Assembly (NCBI GenBank): GCA_963726195.1
Contig: CAVSBO010000003.1
Coordinates: forward strand, 320,001-384,000
Direction: 5' to 3'
DNA: 64,000 bases
DNA from: Candidatus Thorarchaeota archaeon
GTDB taxonomy: Archaea; Asgardarchaeota; Thorarchaeia; Thorarchaeales; Thorarchaeaceae
Shown: positions 43,001-55,403 of the stretch, piece by piece
Position numbering within the stretch: the stretch's first letter is position 1
Layout of the letters: each line of letters starts with the position of its first letter
The notes under the pieces: generated by a model
The model's input: only the letters and a program-made list of their open reading frames with translations
Databases searched by the model: none
What the model was told of the DNA's origin: nothing
Position numbers and translations under genes: made by a program

Positions 43001-46000
43001 GTAGTCTGAATACTTTATCACCGCGGTTATGTTGTAATAGTAGTACGCAGGAGGAGCAGAGATGACGCTTGCTTGGGTGTATCGACCAGTGATGGTAACC
43101 TGAGTCGTGGCTGTCGAATTCGAGTAGTATGGAACGACGTTGCCCCAGAATAAGGTCAATCCTATTGGATGGTTAGTGACCAATGATGATCCTATGAGGG
43201 TGGAGTTGAATGAAATCGTGTACACTCCATTGCTTCCTGTCAGAGAGTAGCTTGCAGAACCAATGGGAGTGCCTGAACCATGAGTAAGGATTAGAACTGA
43301 CTTTGTCAATGTGATTGGTGTGCCTGACAAGCCATCGGTCGCAGTGATTTCAAAGGTCACGTACTCTAGGTATGCAGTATTGAGTGGAGACCTCGATACA
43401 GTGAGGCTCGCGGGTCTTCTTGAAACCTCAATACTCACCGATCGAACACGTTGCATATAAAACGGATTTCCTGTATAGTTGGCAGTAACGACTATCGAGT
43501 ACGGTCCGAAGTTGCCCAGAGCAACTGTCGAGATCCGGATTCTGTAGTAGCCATCGGTAGCATTGTAGTATACCCAGTAGTTACCTCCTTTGGCAAGCGG
43601 GTATGATGAATTCCCGCAGCTCGCGTAGATGTTTGCGCCCGGTATCGCCACACCTGTTGTGTCGTCACTATATCTCACCATGATCGTGGCATTCGTCAAA
43701 TAGGGAGCGAGGTCAGGTGGCAGGCTGGTCAACTGAGTACGTCTTTGGATTAACGTTAGGTAGAAGAAGTCAGTAGCATCCAAGCAGTATCTTGCGCCGT
43801 TGTAATGTATGCTCGCATTGACTCTGAAGACACCGAGAGATAGAAAGGTGGTCGTATTGAGAGTCAACGTGTACGTGCCGTCATTATTGTCCAGTATCGT
43901 GTAGTGACCAGATAGCGATGAATCAAGGGTCAGCGTACTACCCTTCATGCCGGCAGTCGTGCCATCATCATCATCCCTGTATGTGAACACGAGAATCAGA
44001 TTGTCTTTGTACTGAATAGGGGCGTACGAGCCGTGTGATAGGTCGGTGTTTCTGTATCTCACTGTTATGGGCACAGGAATGTGAGTCTGGTTCTGGTAGA
44101 ACGGCTTTCCAGCCCATATTACGTTGAGATGGAATGTGTGCGTGCCAGGAGTCCAAGAATTAGTATTCAGTCGAATCTTGAAGACACCAGTTGCATTTCC
44201 AAGATAGTATACCGTGTATGAAATGGGCTCGTCCAGCGTAATAGTGAGCATACTTGTCTTTAGTATCGGATTGCCCGTGATAGAATCTCTATAGACAAGA
44301 GTGAGATTCACGAGTGTGTCATATGGAGTTACGGGTATTGGAGTCCAGTCCGCAGCAGTGAGACGAGAAGTGGTGTATACAGTTACGAGCAGAGTCTTGT
44401 TGTCATATTGTGGCAACTGTCCCTTGGTCCAGTTCAGGAAAATCCTCAACTGACAGCCGATGAGCCCGCTAAGATAGGCTTGTACTGAATACGATACGGT
44501 ACTCACCAGGCCTGCTGATAGGACTAACCTCCGTGATTGTCATTACACTCTGTGTCAGAGTCTGACCTGGAGTCAATACAGAGATGTAGATCTTTACGTT
44601 CCACTTGTATGGGCCGGTCCCGTTTGTGATACCTGTCGCGTTGGATACATCAAAATAGATTACTGTGAAGTTGGCATTTTCGCCATACGGAGTAATGACA
44701 GGGCTTTGGCCAATGTATAGGTCAGTAGGAGACGATGTAATGCTTGCACTAGTGCTGATGACCTTGTCATAGTACTTCGTAGTCGGGCCTGTCCAGTTTG
44801 CGTATATGACAAGAGGCTCTGACCCAATTGTGCCCCACTGGTCAGCACGGATTATGATCACGTAATACCCAGGCTGGGTCCCATTGACTACTTGATACTT
44901 GAGTCCCGGCAAGGTTGAGCTTGTCACGCGTATCTTGACGTAGTAGCCGACCGTGGAGCCATTCTGAATACCCACCATGAGGTCAGAATCGAAATATGAC
45001 ACGTTGATGTAGACACGGCCAGTGTACGGGGTCCGGCTAATCGCGTTCAGAAGACTGAATGATGTCAGGTGAGTTCTCAGAACAACTGTTACAACGAAGG
45101 TGTGGTTCTGAGCTCCGTACTTTAAGACGTTGAAAACGACAGCGTACGAACGCAAAGCATCTGAATCCTTCGAGAAAAGCGTGACTTGGTAGACTCCCGG
45201 AGTTCCGGTTGTTGTGACTGTGTAGTTCTGGTCGCCTTTGACGTGTATGCTAGACCAGTTGCAGCTGATTGCGCTTGCAGCACCTGTAATAGGAGTCCCA
45301 TGGTCCGTGTCTGTGTACGTGATTGTTAGAGATGCGCTATAGCCCACGGGGACGGAAAGCAGACTTGCAGACGGGATAGCTGAGGTATGGAGATCCCTTA
45401 CTTGCAGGGAGAGAACAATCGACTTTGTTGCAAAGTAGTCCCTCCTTGCGGTGATGTTTATGTGGTAAGTTGCGAGTGGAGCCGCACTAGTGCGCAAAGT
45501 CAAATCATAGTAGCCGGGTTTTCCTGCCTCTGGGGTGACACTATAGGTATCCTTGGTCCAGTTGCACGAGACCAAAGCATTCTGAATTGCGTTGCTCTTC
45601 TGGTCTGTGTAAGACACATGGAAAGTAGCGTTATACCCTTTCGGCACATCGACACCCGGAGCGTCAGAGGAGAACAGATTACTCGTGTATATCACATTAA
45701 TTGTGAATGTCTTCGAAATCGAATCATAGTAGGTCTTGGACCATAGTAGATTCACAATGAATTGGCCATTGGATGACAAGAGGCTTGTATTGAGTGTCAC
45801 GCTGTATTCTCCGGTCCCTAAGTCAGCAACTTGTCCGGAGCCAGCCGCCCAAGAATAGGTCATGGCTCCCCCGGGGAGCATGACTCCTCTGTCCGAGTCA
45901 TTCACTCTGAATTGCAGAAGCACCAGATCGCCGTACGTTGCATTGTATGTCCACGAAGTGACAGAAGATGAGGGGTACTTAACGGCCATCTGGGTCGAGT

Positions 46001-48692
46001 GATTAACGGTGAACCCTCTGCGGTAGAATCCTACGTTTCTCACAGCTCCTCCGCCAGATACAGAGTCAAACACGTAGGCCTGGACTTCCCAAGACCCGAC
46101 CGTAGCGTTCGAGGATGCGAACGTAACGTACCCGGTGGTTGCGTAACCAGAGCTATTGATCGTCGCTTGAAGTGTCTTCCAGAGGTTGCCACTAGAATCA
46201 TACACGCTGAAGTTGACTTTATTGCCAGAATAGGAAGTGTTAGAGAATGACGCAAGGAATCTTGTTTGTTCGTTTGCTCTGAAGGCCTTCGTCGTGACCC
46301 ACTGAGAGGTAAGCGTGTTCCATACCTTAAGGTTCGAAATCATGTTTGGCGAATAGCCCTTCATGTCCCAGAATCCATTCTGGCTTGTCGTCGTGACCTT
46401 GTACACTGAGACATTGACCTTCCCATCGCCAACTTTCCCGTAGGACCATTGAGAGCCGTACGTGAGGTTCGTTGTACGGAAGTTGGGTTGAGATACAAAG
46501 TTGACGTCCCTGTCTTTTGGTATCGAGACGTTGAAGAAGTAGTATGACGAGTATCCTCCGGGCACGGCGGGATAATGGTTTGTCTCCCATTGAACTAACG
46601 AAGCATTTTGCACCACGAAGTTGTCGCCGGTCGTGAACTTTGCGGTATCGTTCACCGTAAGCACATTATACCTTCGAGCCCATACTGTTACGTAAGTGTT
46701 AATCGCGATTGAGATTGTCATGTCCGGGTTAGGAGGATTTGGAATAGGCGTCCAAGAGAAATTCCCATAGGCACTGCCAGACTGCCAAGGGATGGCAGGC
46801 GAGTATGTAGCGGTTCCTCGACCGAAGATAGGTTGTGAGCCATTCATGACATTGCTGACCACTACGCCATCCATCTTGAGATTGATGTTCTGAGGAGTGG
46901 CTTTGGCTTTCATGTATATCAGTAGATTATCTACCCTGCCCTCAGGTCCGATTTCAGGTCTGTACCACTCGCTTTGCGTATCTCGCAGACCTGCCATGAT
47001 TGTTACGTTCGGAAGAGTGATAGAAGACGTGCTTACGGGCAATAGACCCGTGGAGTACCATGTATTTGGAGCGGCTATCGCATCGAATGCCTTGCTCCAC
47101 AAGTAGGTGCCACCCGCATCTGGGTCACCTATTGAGACAAAAAGCTGGAAGAAGCCAGTCATGTATCCACCCCATCCTCGGCAAGATGCATAGTAGTCCA
47201 GCGAGATTCCGAGCCATGTGATTTGGCCTCTGGGAATACTCAGCTTTTGACTGACGAAGGCCTTGGTGCCAGGGTTGTACCAGTAACCGTACAGCCCGCC
47301 TCCTGCATCATGATAGAAACCATTGAGGACGAAATCGGGTGATGGGTTCCCTGCGCCGTGCCCGGTGGCCGACCACGTACTAGCAGGACGGTCTCTTGCG
47401 CTACTCTCGGTCGTATAGATGTAACCCGTGGAATTCACTGCAATTCCATAATTGAAGTGGAAGTTGCCGTTTCCTGAACCATCAGAACCCCATGAGGAGG
47501 TGCCGCCGGTCACATTGTTGTAGGTATAGACTCGATGGTTGCCTGCGTCATCAATGTACACCATGCCAGTCGATGAATAGGCGGCAATCCCTTCGGGTGT
47601 CAGCATTCCTGAACCAATTGTCGTAGCACTGGCCCCAATCTCGGAGAAGCGGCGCACTTGGCTTCCTGAGGTTTGGACCTCGCTCACGAAGACTTGCCTG
47701 CTGACTTGTAGGATTGCTATTCCATGAGGCAGCCCCACACTCGCCCATTGGCCGACGTACGAACCTGTATCGCTAAAGTACTGTACCCTTGAGTTTCCAG
47801 AGTCAACAACATAGGCACGGTAGTTGTAGTTCATGATAGCTATGCCAACCGGACCATGAAACAGCCCATTTCCCTCACCGGTTGAGCCCCATGATCTCTG
47901 ATAGACGCCTCGGGCATTGAAGACCTGAATCCTGTCATTTCCATAGTCTGCCACATACACATAGCCAGTGTTATTTACAGCGATACCCATGGGCCTGTCA
48001 AATTGCCCGGTGCCAGTTCCGTAAGTCCCCCACTTGAACTGGAACACTCCATTGCGATTGAATACTTCGATACGGTTGTTGTAAGTATCCGCGACATAAA
48101 CGAACCCTGTAGAGTTAATTGCGATGCCCCATGGATCGGTGAAATTGCCGTTTTGCGCGCCCCTTGAGCCCCACTGTCTCTGATATACGCCCGCCGAGGT
48201 AAAGACCTGTACCCTGTCATTCCCTGAGAAGTAACCTTCAAGCTGGCCGGTCCCGTAACTCCAGTTTGCGTTCGTGGCATAGCCAGAGTTGCCGACCCAA
48301 GTCCTGTTCTCAGTGACGTCAGTCAAGTTCCCAAGCACTTTGTAACCTTGCCACGCGTTTCCGAGGGGCACGGAGAGGTTTGCGGTCGTTGTCTTCTGAG
48401 TTGACGGGTTATAGATCATGCTACTTCCAGTGAATGTGTCTGTCCGTGTGCCGTATTCTGACACCACGAGCGGCGAACCCACACCAGTCTTCTGGCTTGG
48501 TGCAGCCGACAAGACATACTCGTAGAGTATCTCATCAGGACCAACTTCGATGGTCGTGCCATTTCCAAGGTCGACTATTCTTGAACCTGATTGAGAAGAA
48601 GACACATTCGGCAATAGGGGGTTGATCATAAAACTCCCCAATGTCATCGATGCCATCATGAAAAGCACGACAATGAATCGAGTTGGTCTCAT
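40035..48692 (-). CDS. Giant (~2900 aa) paralogous surface glycoprotein with NHL beta-propeller; three frameshifts
   Basis: Four consecutive ORFs (44469-48725, 41759-44506, 40891-41754, 40035-40973) colinear with the downstream paralog; NHL repeats P.GIA....G.VYVAD..N.RI.VF. Confidence 0.85.
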
Positions 48693-48725
48693 GCACAGGA
48701 CTCCTGTAGTTTGAGAGAGAATCAA

Positions 48726-48756
48726 CCGTCCTGAGAGTCTGCAGTCTCTCAGACGG
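48726..48756. promoter_or_regulatory. Inverted repeat in the leader of the giant-protein operon
   Basis: ccgtc-ctgagag-tctgcagt-ctctcag-acgg, ~35 bp upstream of the start codon. Confidence 0.35.
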
Positions 48757-48956
48757 CAAGTATTATGCGCAGATGTGGCTTCAAACAGTTTGTATTAAAA
48801 AGATGGCCGCTAGACACCGTTCCAAATGACGGCGAGTCGTTCGATTAATCGACATGAGCCACGGCAATCACATGACTCGCCTGCATGTTCTCTGCTGGTT
48901 CACTAACACAACGGGAATCTTATTACGCTGAAGTGGTTCGCGCGTTGCGATTCAAG

Positions 48957-51482
48957 ATGGTTGAGCAGCCTGAGAAGTTCTGGAGTGAAAGTGCTGACGA
49001 ACTGATAGCGGCACTGCAAAGCAAGAAGGAAGGACTGAGCACCACCGAGGCTGCCGATCGCTTGGTTAGGTTCGGTCCCAACCGACTCAAGCCCAAGAAG
49101 AGAACTGACTCCTTAGTCCTGCTCGCGAATCAGTTTAGAAGTCCAATAATCATGATTCTGATCTTCTCAGCCATCCTTGCCTTTCTTACAAGCGACGACG
49201 TAGACAGCCTCATCATAGTAATCATAGTTGCCACCAGCGGTGCCCTCGGCTTTTCGCAAGAACGAGCGGCTACCAACGCTGTTCAGCGTCTCTTGTCCAT
49301 GATAACGACAAAGGTGACCGTGCTCAGAGATGGGGCAACAACTGACATTCCCATGGAGAATCTCGTTCCGGGCGACATCACGGTTCTGAATGCTGGTGAT
49401 ATCGTACCAGGAGATTGCAGGCTCCTGGAGTCTAGAGACCTATTCGTCGACGAAGCGACTATGACAGGTGAAACATTTCCTGCCGAGAAAGAGTGCGGTG
49501 ACCTAGCGCCAGATACTTCCTTGGCCCGGCGCACCAACTCTGTCTTTATGGGCACACATGTTGTGAGCGGCAGCGGCACTGCACTAGTGGTGCAGACTGG
49601 CCCTGCGACCGTGTTCGGCAAGCTGGAGGAGAGGCTTAGGGAAGGAGTGCCGGTCACTGAGTTCGAACGCGGCATCAGACGATTCGGGTACCTGTTGAGC
49701 GAGGTGACCATGACCTTCGTGCTCGTGATCTTCGCTCTGAATGTGTACTTTGTACGTCCAGTTCTGGATTCCTTCTTGTTTGCCCTGGCTCTCGCAGTCG
49801 GTATCGTACCGCAGCTCCTGCCCACAATCATAAGCATCAACCTAGCACAGGGAGCCAAGAGGATGGCTAAGAGCAAAGTCATCGTGAAGCAACTGGAAGC
49901 AATTGAGAACTTCGGCAGCATGAGCATCCTCTGCTCCGACAAAACTGGCACAATCACTGAAGGAAAGATTCACCTTCAGGCTGCAGTTGATATGAACGGA
50001 CAAGACAGCAAAGATGTGCTTCTATATGCCTACTTGAACGCACGATATCAGAACGCGTACACAAACCCAATCGATGAGGGCATAATTGCCTCCGTCAATA
50101 TGGACATAGGGGATTACACCAAACTGGACGAGATACCTTACGACTTCATACGGAAGCGTCTGAGCGTTCTTGTGGCGAAGGGCGAGAGTCGATTAATCGT
50201 AACGAAGGGAGCTCTCACAAACATACTCTCAGTCTGCACACGAGTAAAATCAGCACAAGGCAAGGTCATCGACATTGGCGGCTACCTAGATACTATCAAA
50301 CAGGAATATGCAAAGCTCAGCGATCAAGGCTACAGAACACTCGGTGTCTGCTATCGCGAGTTGAAGGGAGTCGACAGAATCACGAAGGATGACGACAAGG
50401 AAATGGTGTTCGCCGGTCTCCTCGTCCTGACCGATCCCCCGAAGGAGGGCATCGTCGAGACACTTGCACAGCTCCGAGAACTCGGGGTCTCTCTGAAGGT
50501 CATCACTGGCGACAACAAGCTCGTAGCAACCAGCATTGGACGCCAAATCGGCATGGAGGACCCTCATGTTGTATCAGGGCCTGAGATTCGCCAGATGAGC
50601 GATGAGGCGCTCGTCAGGAAATCCGCCGAGATTGATATCTTTGCTGAGGTGGAGCCCAATCAGAAGGAGAGAATCATACTTGCGCTCAGGAAACTGGGCC
50701 GCACTGTGGGCTACATGGGCGATGGAATAAACGATGCTGCTGCAATCCATGCAGCTGATGTCGGAATATCCGTTGAAGGGGCAGTTGATGTGGCGAAGGA
50801 TGCCGCCCAAATCGTGCTTCTAGAGAAAGACCTCAACGTTCTTGCGGATGGAATAAGGGCGGGGAGAAAGACATTCGCCAATACAATGAAGTACATCTTC
50901 ATGACGACAAGCGCCAACTTCGGCAACATCACCAGCATGGCAGTCGCGTCCCTAATCCTGACCTTCCTACCACTGTGGCCAAAGCAGATACTTGGGCTCA
51001 ACCTAATCACAGACCTTCCTGCAACAACAATGGGCACAGATAGGGTCGATCCGGAACTCGTGATAAAACCCAGACGCTGGAACCTTGGATTCTTGACGAA
51101 GTTCATGGTTGTTTTCGGCTTGCAGAGTTCGCTGATGGACATGGTCACATTTGCTGTGCTACTTCTCGTGCTCAACTCTACTCCAGACCAGTTCAGGAAC
51201 ACATGGTTCTTGGTCTCAGCTGTAACCGAATTGGTTACGCTCCTAATCGTAAGGACGCGGAAGCCTTTCTTGTTGAGCAGACCTAGCGGCTCCCTGATTG
51301 GTGCAACATTAGTTGTTCTGTTCGTGACACTTGTCTTGCCCTATTCTCCACTCGCAGGCCTATTCGATCTTCTTCCCTTGAGCGCTTTTTACCTGGAAGT
51401 GGTCGCTGCCATTGTTCTCCTGTACACCGTGGCTCTGGAACTAACGAAGCACGTCTTCTATGCAAAGGTTCGCGAGCAATAA
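48957..51482 (+). CDS. mgtA: Mg2+-translocating P-type ATPase
   Basis: TGE, AVGIVPQLLP, DKTGT, NPID, PYDFIRKR, GDGIND, SANFGN. Confidence 0.9.
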   Translation: MVEQPEKFWSESADELIAALQSKKEGLSTTEAADRLVRFGPNRLKPKKRTDSLVLLANQFRSPIIMILIFSAILAFLTSDDVDSLIIVIIVATSGALGFSQERAATNAVQRLLSMITTKVTVLRDGATTDIPMENLVPGDITVLNAGDIVPGDCRLLESRDLFVDEATMTGETFPAEKECGDLAPDTSLARRTNSVFMGTHVVSGSGTALVVQTGPATVFGKLEERLREGVPVTEFERGIRRFGYLLSEVTMTFVLVIFALNVYFVRPVLDSFLFALALAVGIVPQLLPTIISINLAQGAKRMAKSKVIVKQLEAIENFGSMSILCSDKTGTITEGKIHLQAAVDMNGQDSKDVLLYAYLNARYQNAYTNPIDEGIIASVNMDIGDYTKLDEIPYDFIRKRLSVLVAKGESRLIVTKGALTNILSVCTRVKSAQGKVIDIGGYLDTIKQEYAKLSDQGYRTLGVCYRELKGVDRITKDDDKEMVFAGLLVLTDPPKEGIVETLAQLRELGVSLKVITGDNKLVATSIGRQIGMEDPHVVSGPEIRQMSDEALVRKSAEIDIFAEVEPNQKERIILALRKLGRTVGYMGDGINDAAAIHAADVGISVEGAVDVAKDAAQIVLLEKDLNVLADGIRAGRKTFANTMKYIFMTTSANFGNITSMAVASLILTFLPLWPKQILGLNLITDLPATTMGTDRVDPELVIKPRRWNLGFLTKFMVVFGLQSSLMDMVTFAVLLLVLNSTPDQFRNTWFLVSAVTELVTLLIVRTRKPFLLSRPSGSLIGATLVVLFVTLVLPYSPLAGLFDLLPLSAFYLEVVAAIVLLYTVALELTKHVFYAKVREQ

Positions 51483-51540
51483 TACCGTTCCGGACTGGTT
51501 GAGCCAGAGCTTGGCCCAACAGCTGCATGTCAAATGATAA

Positions 51541-53703
51541 TCAGGCCCTCGTTTTCTTGTAAGCTATGAGCACTACTACCACAGCTCCAATCACTGTCAT
51601 GCTCAGGACGACCATCAACGCGGCACTCCATGGAGGTCCGATCAAGTTCTCTCCGATTACCTGAATGTGGTTCGACTCAACCTTATTCAGTCCCCAGTCG
51701 TATGCTTCCACCCACAAGCTCAGTGTGCTAGAGTTGCCCAAGCCCAGAACGCGTGTCGCGTAGTTGCTTCCAACGGATGTGCAAGGGAGGACGATTTCAG
51801 TGGTATCATTCACGAGAAGGTGTGCAGTGACATTCTCGACACCTGCCAAATCATCCTCGACCTGTGCCCATACGGTGAAGTTGTTGTAGCTGGAGTCGTG
51901 TGGAACCACGCCCCAAGCCTTGATTTGTGGCGGGTTGTTGTCAACCATTGAATAGACGAGTCGCCTGCTCCAATCTTTTGCAGCACAAAGAGCCCGATAG
52001 CACCCTTGCCAGTCCATATGCTCATACCTATCGTTTGCTAGCGAGAAGGCACTCAGGGCTTCGTGCTCGGCTAGGAAAACCTTAGGTAAGTCACTGGGCT
52101 GCACGTCAGCACTACCTCGTTCAAAGCGTGCCCACACGTCTGCTTGCATTTGGTCAAGGTATGTGCCCTGAGCCCAATTCCTGTCGAATGTCGACGTGCC
52201 ATTGTGGGACCCAAAGTAGCCCATTGGGCCGTAGCTGAAATCACCCACGTAGTGATAGTAATCCCAAGTGTGTCCAAAACCAATCGCGTGCATCGCTTCA
52301 TGAAGCTGAGTCTCGGAAACACCGCACTTAGGGGTGACCCCATCCGGACGATAGTAACGCTCCCAGCTCTTCCATATCACTGTCTGTCCGTCACCACCAA
52401 GACCGGTGTATGCTCGCCCATAGACCTGCATTTCCATGTTCTTCTTTACGAAGACAACACCAAACACATTGATGTTCGGGTCTTCCACATTGATGTATTG
52501 TGGTCTCATCTGCGTGTAAATCGCATCAAACATCGAACCGCCATCAACAATCAACTTGCCATTGATAACCTGCGAATACTCTTGGAACAATGTCAACCAA
52601 TCCGGGTAATTGTCGATGTCAAGATACTGCACGTCCACCGTCCACGGGATGAACGGCAAGAGCTCGGACAGGGCATATGCCTGCTTCTGAGCATTGGTCA
52701 CCCACCGAAGGCTATCGACCGTGATGTTATCGGAAACATCCATACAAGAGACGAGCACTTTCATCAGCCCTGAATGAGCGTAGGCCGAGGGAGAGTGCTC
52801 GCCGGGAACCATCAGATATGCGATTGGGTCATGGATATAATCGCGAAGATACGAATTGAGGGCGATACGGCCCGCGGCTGTGGAGAGGTCAAGCGCAGAT
52901 ACTATGTCTTCTAGATCTTCTGTGCAATGTTGGTACTCGTTGACATAGGGCGGATCACTCCACCAGATTCTTGCCCACCGCAGATACCACTGGTCCGCCG
53001 AAGGGTCGAGAACATAGATGTTCCCTCTTCCTCCGAAGCCAGCATACTCGAGCTTGACGTCAAGATTCAGAGAGTTGTCCCATTCAAGTCTGAACCAATC
53101 CTGTTTCTGGCCGCTGTCAGGATCGATTGGGCGGTAGTCGTACCAGTGCTCAAGCTGGTGACCGGGTGTATCTAGCTCCGAGAAGTTGAACAAATAGTAA
53201 ACATACCCGAGGTCTGGTGGTCTAACTGCAGGATTGGCAATCAACCAGTCCTCAACAGGGTACGCATCAATAGCCCTACCTGCACGCGGATAGAAGATAC
53301 TTTGGGGTTGATTCAGGTGAGTCTTTTGATAGTAGAGGTTGTTCTCGTTGATTCTCGTACCAGTCTCAGATCCGTTCACTGAGTGTGCCATCATGACCTG
53401 CAAGAGACTACTCGTGTACGAAGCGTTTGCAGAAAACAGGTCGTAGTGCACATCATAGATGATAGTTGCGCCATCGGTCGCGTAGACTCTTTGAGTCGGG
53501 AGTCCGGTAGTCAGGATTGTTGAGTTGAGAAAGGCGATGCCATAGTTCACCGCCACGATATGAATTGTCCAGTTACGTGTGACATTCACCGGGCCTCCCG
53601 CAAGTTCCATTGCACTCAACACTGGCTGGTTGGCTGATGCCCAGCCAACGGGGACCAATAGTGAGAAGACAATACCCAAGATAAGATAGGCCCCGCAGCG
53701 CAT
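51541..53703 (-). CDS. Membrane-anchored extracellular metzincin-type metalloprotease
   Basis: Signal peptide; HEAMHAIGFGH with downstream Met-turn GPMGY; C-terminal TM helix plus KK. Confidence 0.75.
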   Translation of the reverse strand: MRCGAYLILGIVFSLLVPVGWASANQPVLSAMELAGGPVNVTRNWTIHIVAVNYGIAFLNSTILTTGLPTQRVYATDGATIIYDVHYDLFSANASYTSSLLQVMMAHSVNGSETGTRINENNLYYQKTHLNQPQSIFYPRAGRAIDAYPVEDWLIANPAVRPPDLGYVYYLFNFSELDTPGHQLEHWYDYRPIDPDSGQKQDWFRLEWDNSLNLDVKLEYAGFGGRGNIYVLDPSADQWYLRWARIWWSDPPYVNEYQHCTEDLEDIVSALDLSTAAGRIALNSYLRDYIHDPIAYLMVPGEHSPSAYAHSGLMKVLVSCMDVSDNITVDSLRWVTNAQKQAYALSELLPFIPWTVDVQYLDIDNYPDWLTLFQEYSQVINGKLIVDGGSMFDAIYTQMRPQYINVEDPNINVFGVVFVKKNMEMQVYGRAYTGLGGDGQTVIWKSWERYYRPDGVTPKCGVSETQLHEAMHAIGFGHTWDYYHYVGDFSYGPMGYFGSHNGTSTFDRNWAQGTYLDQMQADVWARFERGSADVQPSDLPKVFLAEHEALSAFSLANDRYEHMDWQGCYRALCAAKDWSRRLVYSMVDNNPPQIKAWGVVPHDSSYNNFTVWAQVEDDLAGVENVTAHLLVNDTTEIVLPCTSVGSNYATRVLGLGNSSTLSLWVEAYDWGLNKVESNHIQVIGENLIGPPWSAALMVVLSMTVIGAVVVVLIAYKKTRA

Positions 53704-53908
53704 GAGCTCCGCATCTCCTCTTCTGATATTAACAACTCGGTGACAGCATGCTGGCAATCATCCCCGAGAAGATGCCTATCCGTGTCCTGCACAGCTCGCT
53801 CTCAGTTCTACCCTGTCAGGACCAAACATTCCCCACACGAACCATTATAAACGGCATAGAACCTGCCCGACGACAGTCCAAAGACAGTCGGGTCTAGAGG
53901 CTAACGGA

Positions 53909-55403
53909 TTGCCAACTACTAAGAAACTGATTGATGAGTTGAAAGGGATTGTCGGACCCGAAAACGTGTTCTATGATGCCGCTCATTTGAAAGAGTACTC
54001 TGACCAACTGAGTCTCTTCAAAACGAAGTCGCCTTCCGCAGTGGTCTTGCCAGAATCGACAGAGGAAGTTCAGCAGCTTGTGAAGCTTGCCAACAGACGA
54101 TCAATCCCCTTGATTGCGGTAAGCTCAGGAAAACCCAAGCTCCGAGGAGACTCTGCTCCGAAGATTGATGGTGCGGTCGCGGTCGACCTCAGGCGTCTGA
54201 ACAAGATACTTAGAGTCGACACGAAGAACAAGGTGGCCATGGTCGAGCCGGGGGTCACCTATTCTCAGTTAGTTGAGAAACTAAAAGGTCAGGGACTCAG
54301 GCCGCTTATGTCGTTCCTGCCGAAAAGCAGTAAGTCGGTCGTTGTGAACTGCTTGGACAGAGAGCCAATAACGATGCCTCGTTTCCATTGGGATTCATCA
54401 GACCCTCTTCTCTGCACAGAAGTCGTCTTTGGTTCTGGCGATCTGTTCCGAACCGGAGCAGCAGCAGGACCCGGCACGCTAGAAGAGCAATGGTCCTCAG
54501 GCCAAGCACAGAAGAATCCGATGGGGCCGTCTCAGTTTGACCCGTTCAGGATAATCCAAGGCTCTCAGGGAACCATAGGCATCGTCACGTGGGCCTCAGT
54601 GAAATGCGAGACTGCTCCTGTTGAGCAGCGCATTCTCATCTCAGGCTTCGATGAGCTGACCAGACTCCTTGGACTTCATTCAGTCGATTACAAAGCGCAA
54701 ACTAGTCGATGACCTCTTCGTGCTAAACTCGACAAATCTGTCGTGTGCACTAGAGGCAAGTCCCGCAAAGATTCAGAAAACGCGTGCCAGTTTGCCGGGA
54801 TGGGTACTGGTGTTGAGCGTTTCGGGACACGGCATCTTAGCCACTGATGAATTGGATTACAGATTGGCAGACACTCTTGACATAGCGAAAGAGATGGGGT
54901 TGGAACTCAAGAAGCAGATTGGCGGCGTGACCTCTACACGAGTTGGAGCCCTTCTCGGAGTCCCGAGTGATGAACCGTACTGGAAGCTCAGACTTCGAGG
55001 TGCATGTCAAGAAGTGTTCTTCATTACGACGCTGAATCACATACCCGAATTCTGCTCAGTTTTCGAACAGACGGCGAAAGAAGAGGGCTTCCCTGACAGT
55101 GATATTGGAATCTACATACAGCCGACGCTTCATGGGACGAATGCTCACTGCAATTTCGACATTTACTTTGATCCAATCGACAAGGCAAGAGTTGGACTGG
55201 CACAGCGATTATACTCTAAGGGCTGTGAAAGACTCCTTGCCAAGGGTGCGTTCTTCAGCAGGCCCTGCGGCCCAGTGACCGAGGCGGTCTTCAAGAAGAC
55301 GCCACCCGAGAATGTCACTGCAATGAAGAAAGTGAAGGACATATTCGACCCGAAACATGTGTTGAATCCGGGTGCTTTGTGCTTCGAGGAGGCCTCAAAA
55401 TGA
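53909..55403 (+). CDS. FAD-binding oxidoreductase (GlcD/VAO family); frameshift near 54670
   Basis: VVLPESTEEVQ, VEPGV, GSQGTIGIVT, IFDPKHVLNPG. Confidence 0.88.

Noticed and set aside
32627-48759. Numerous short ORFs antisense to or overlapping the giant genes (and similar ones across the window)
   Set aside because: They are shadow ORFs with no motifs, lying within well-supported CDSs.
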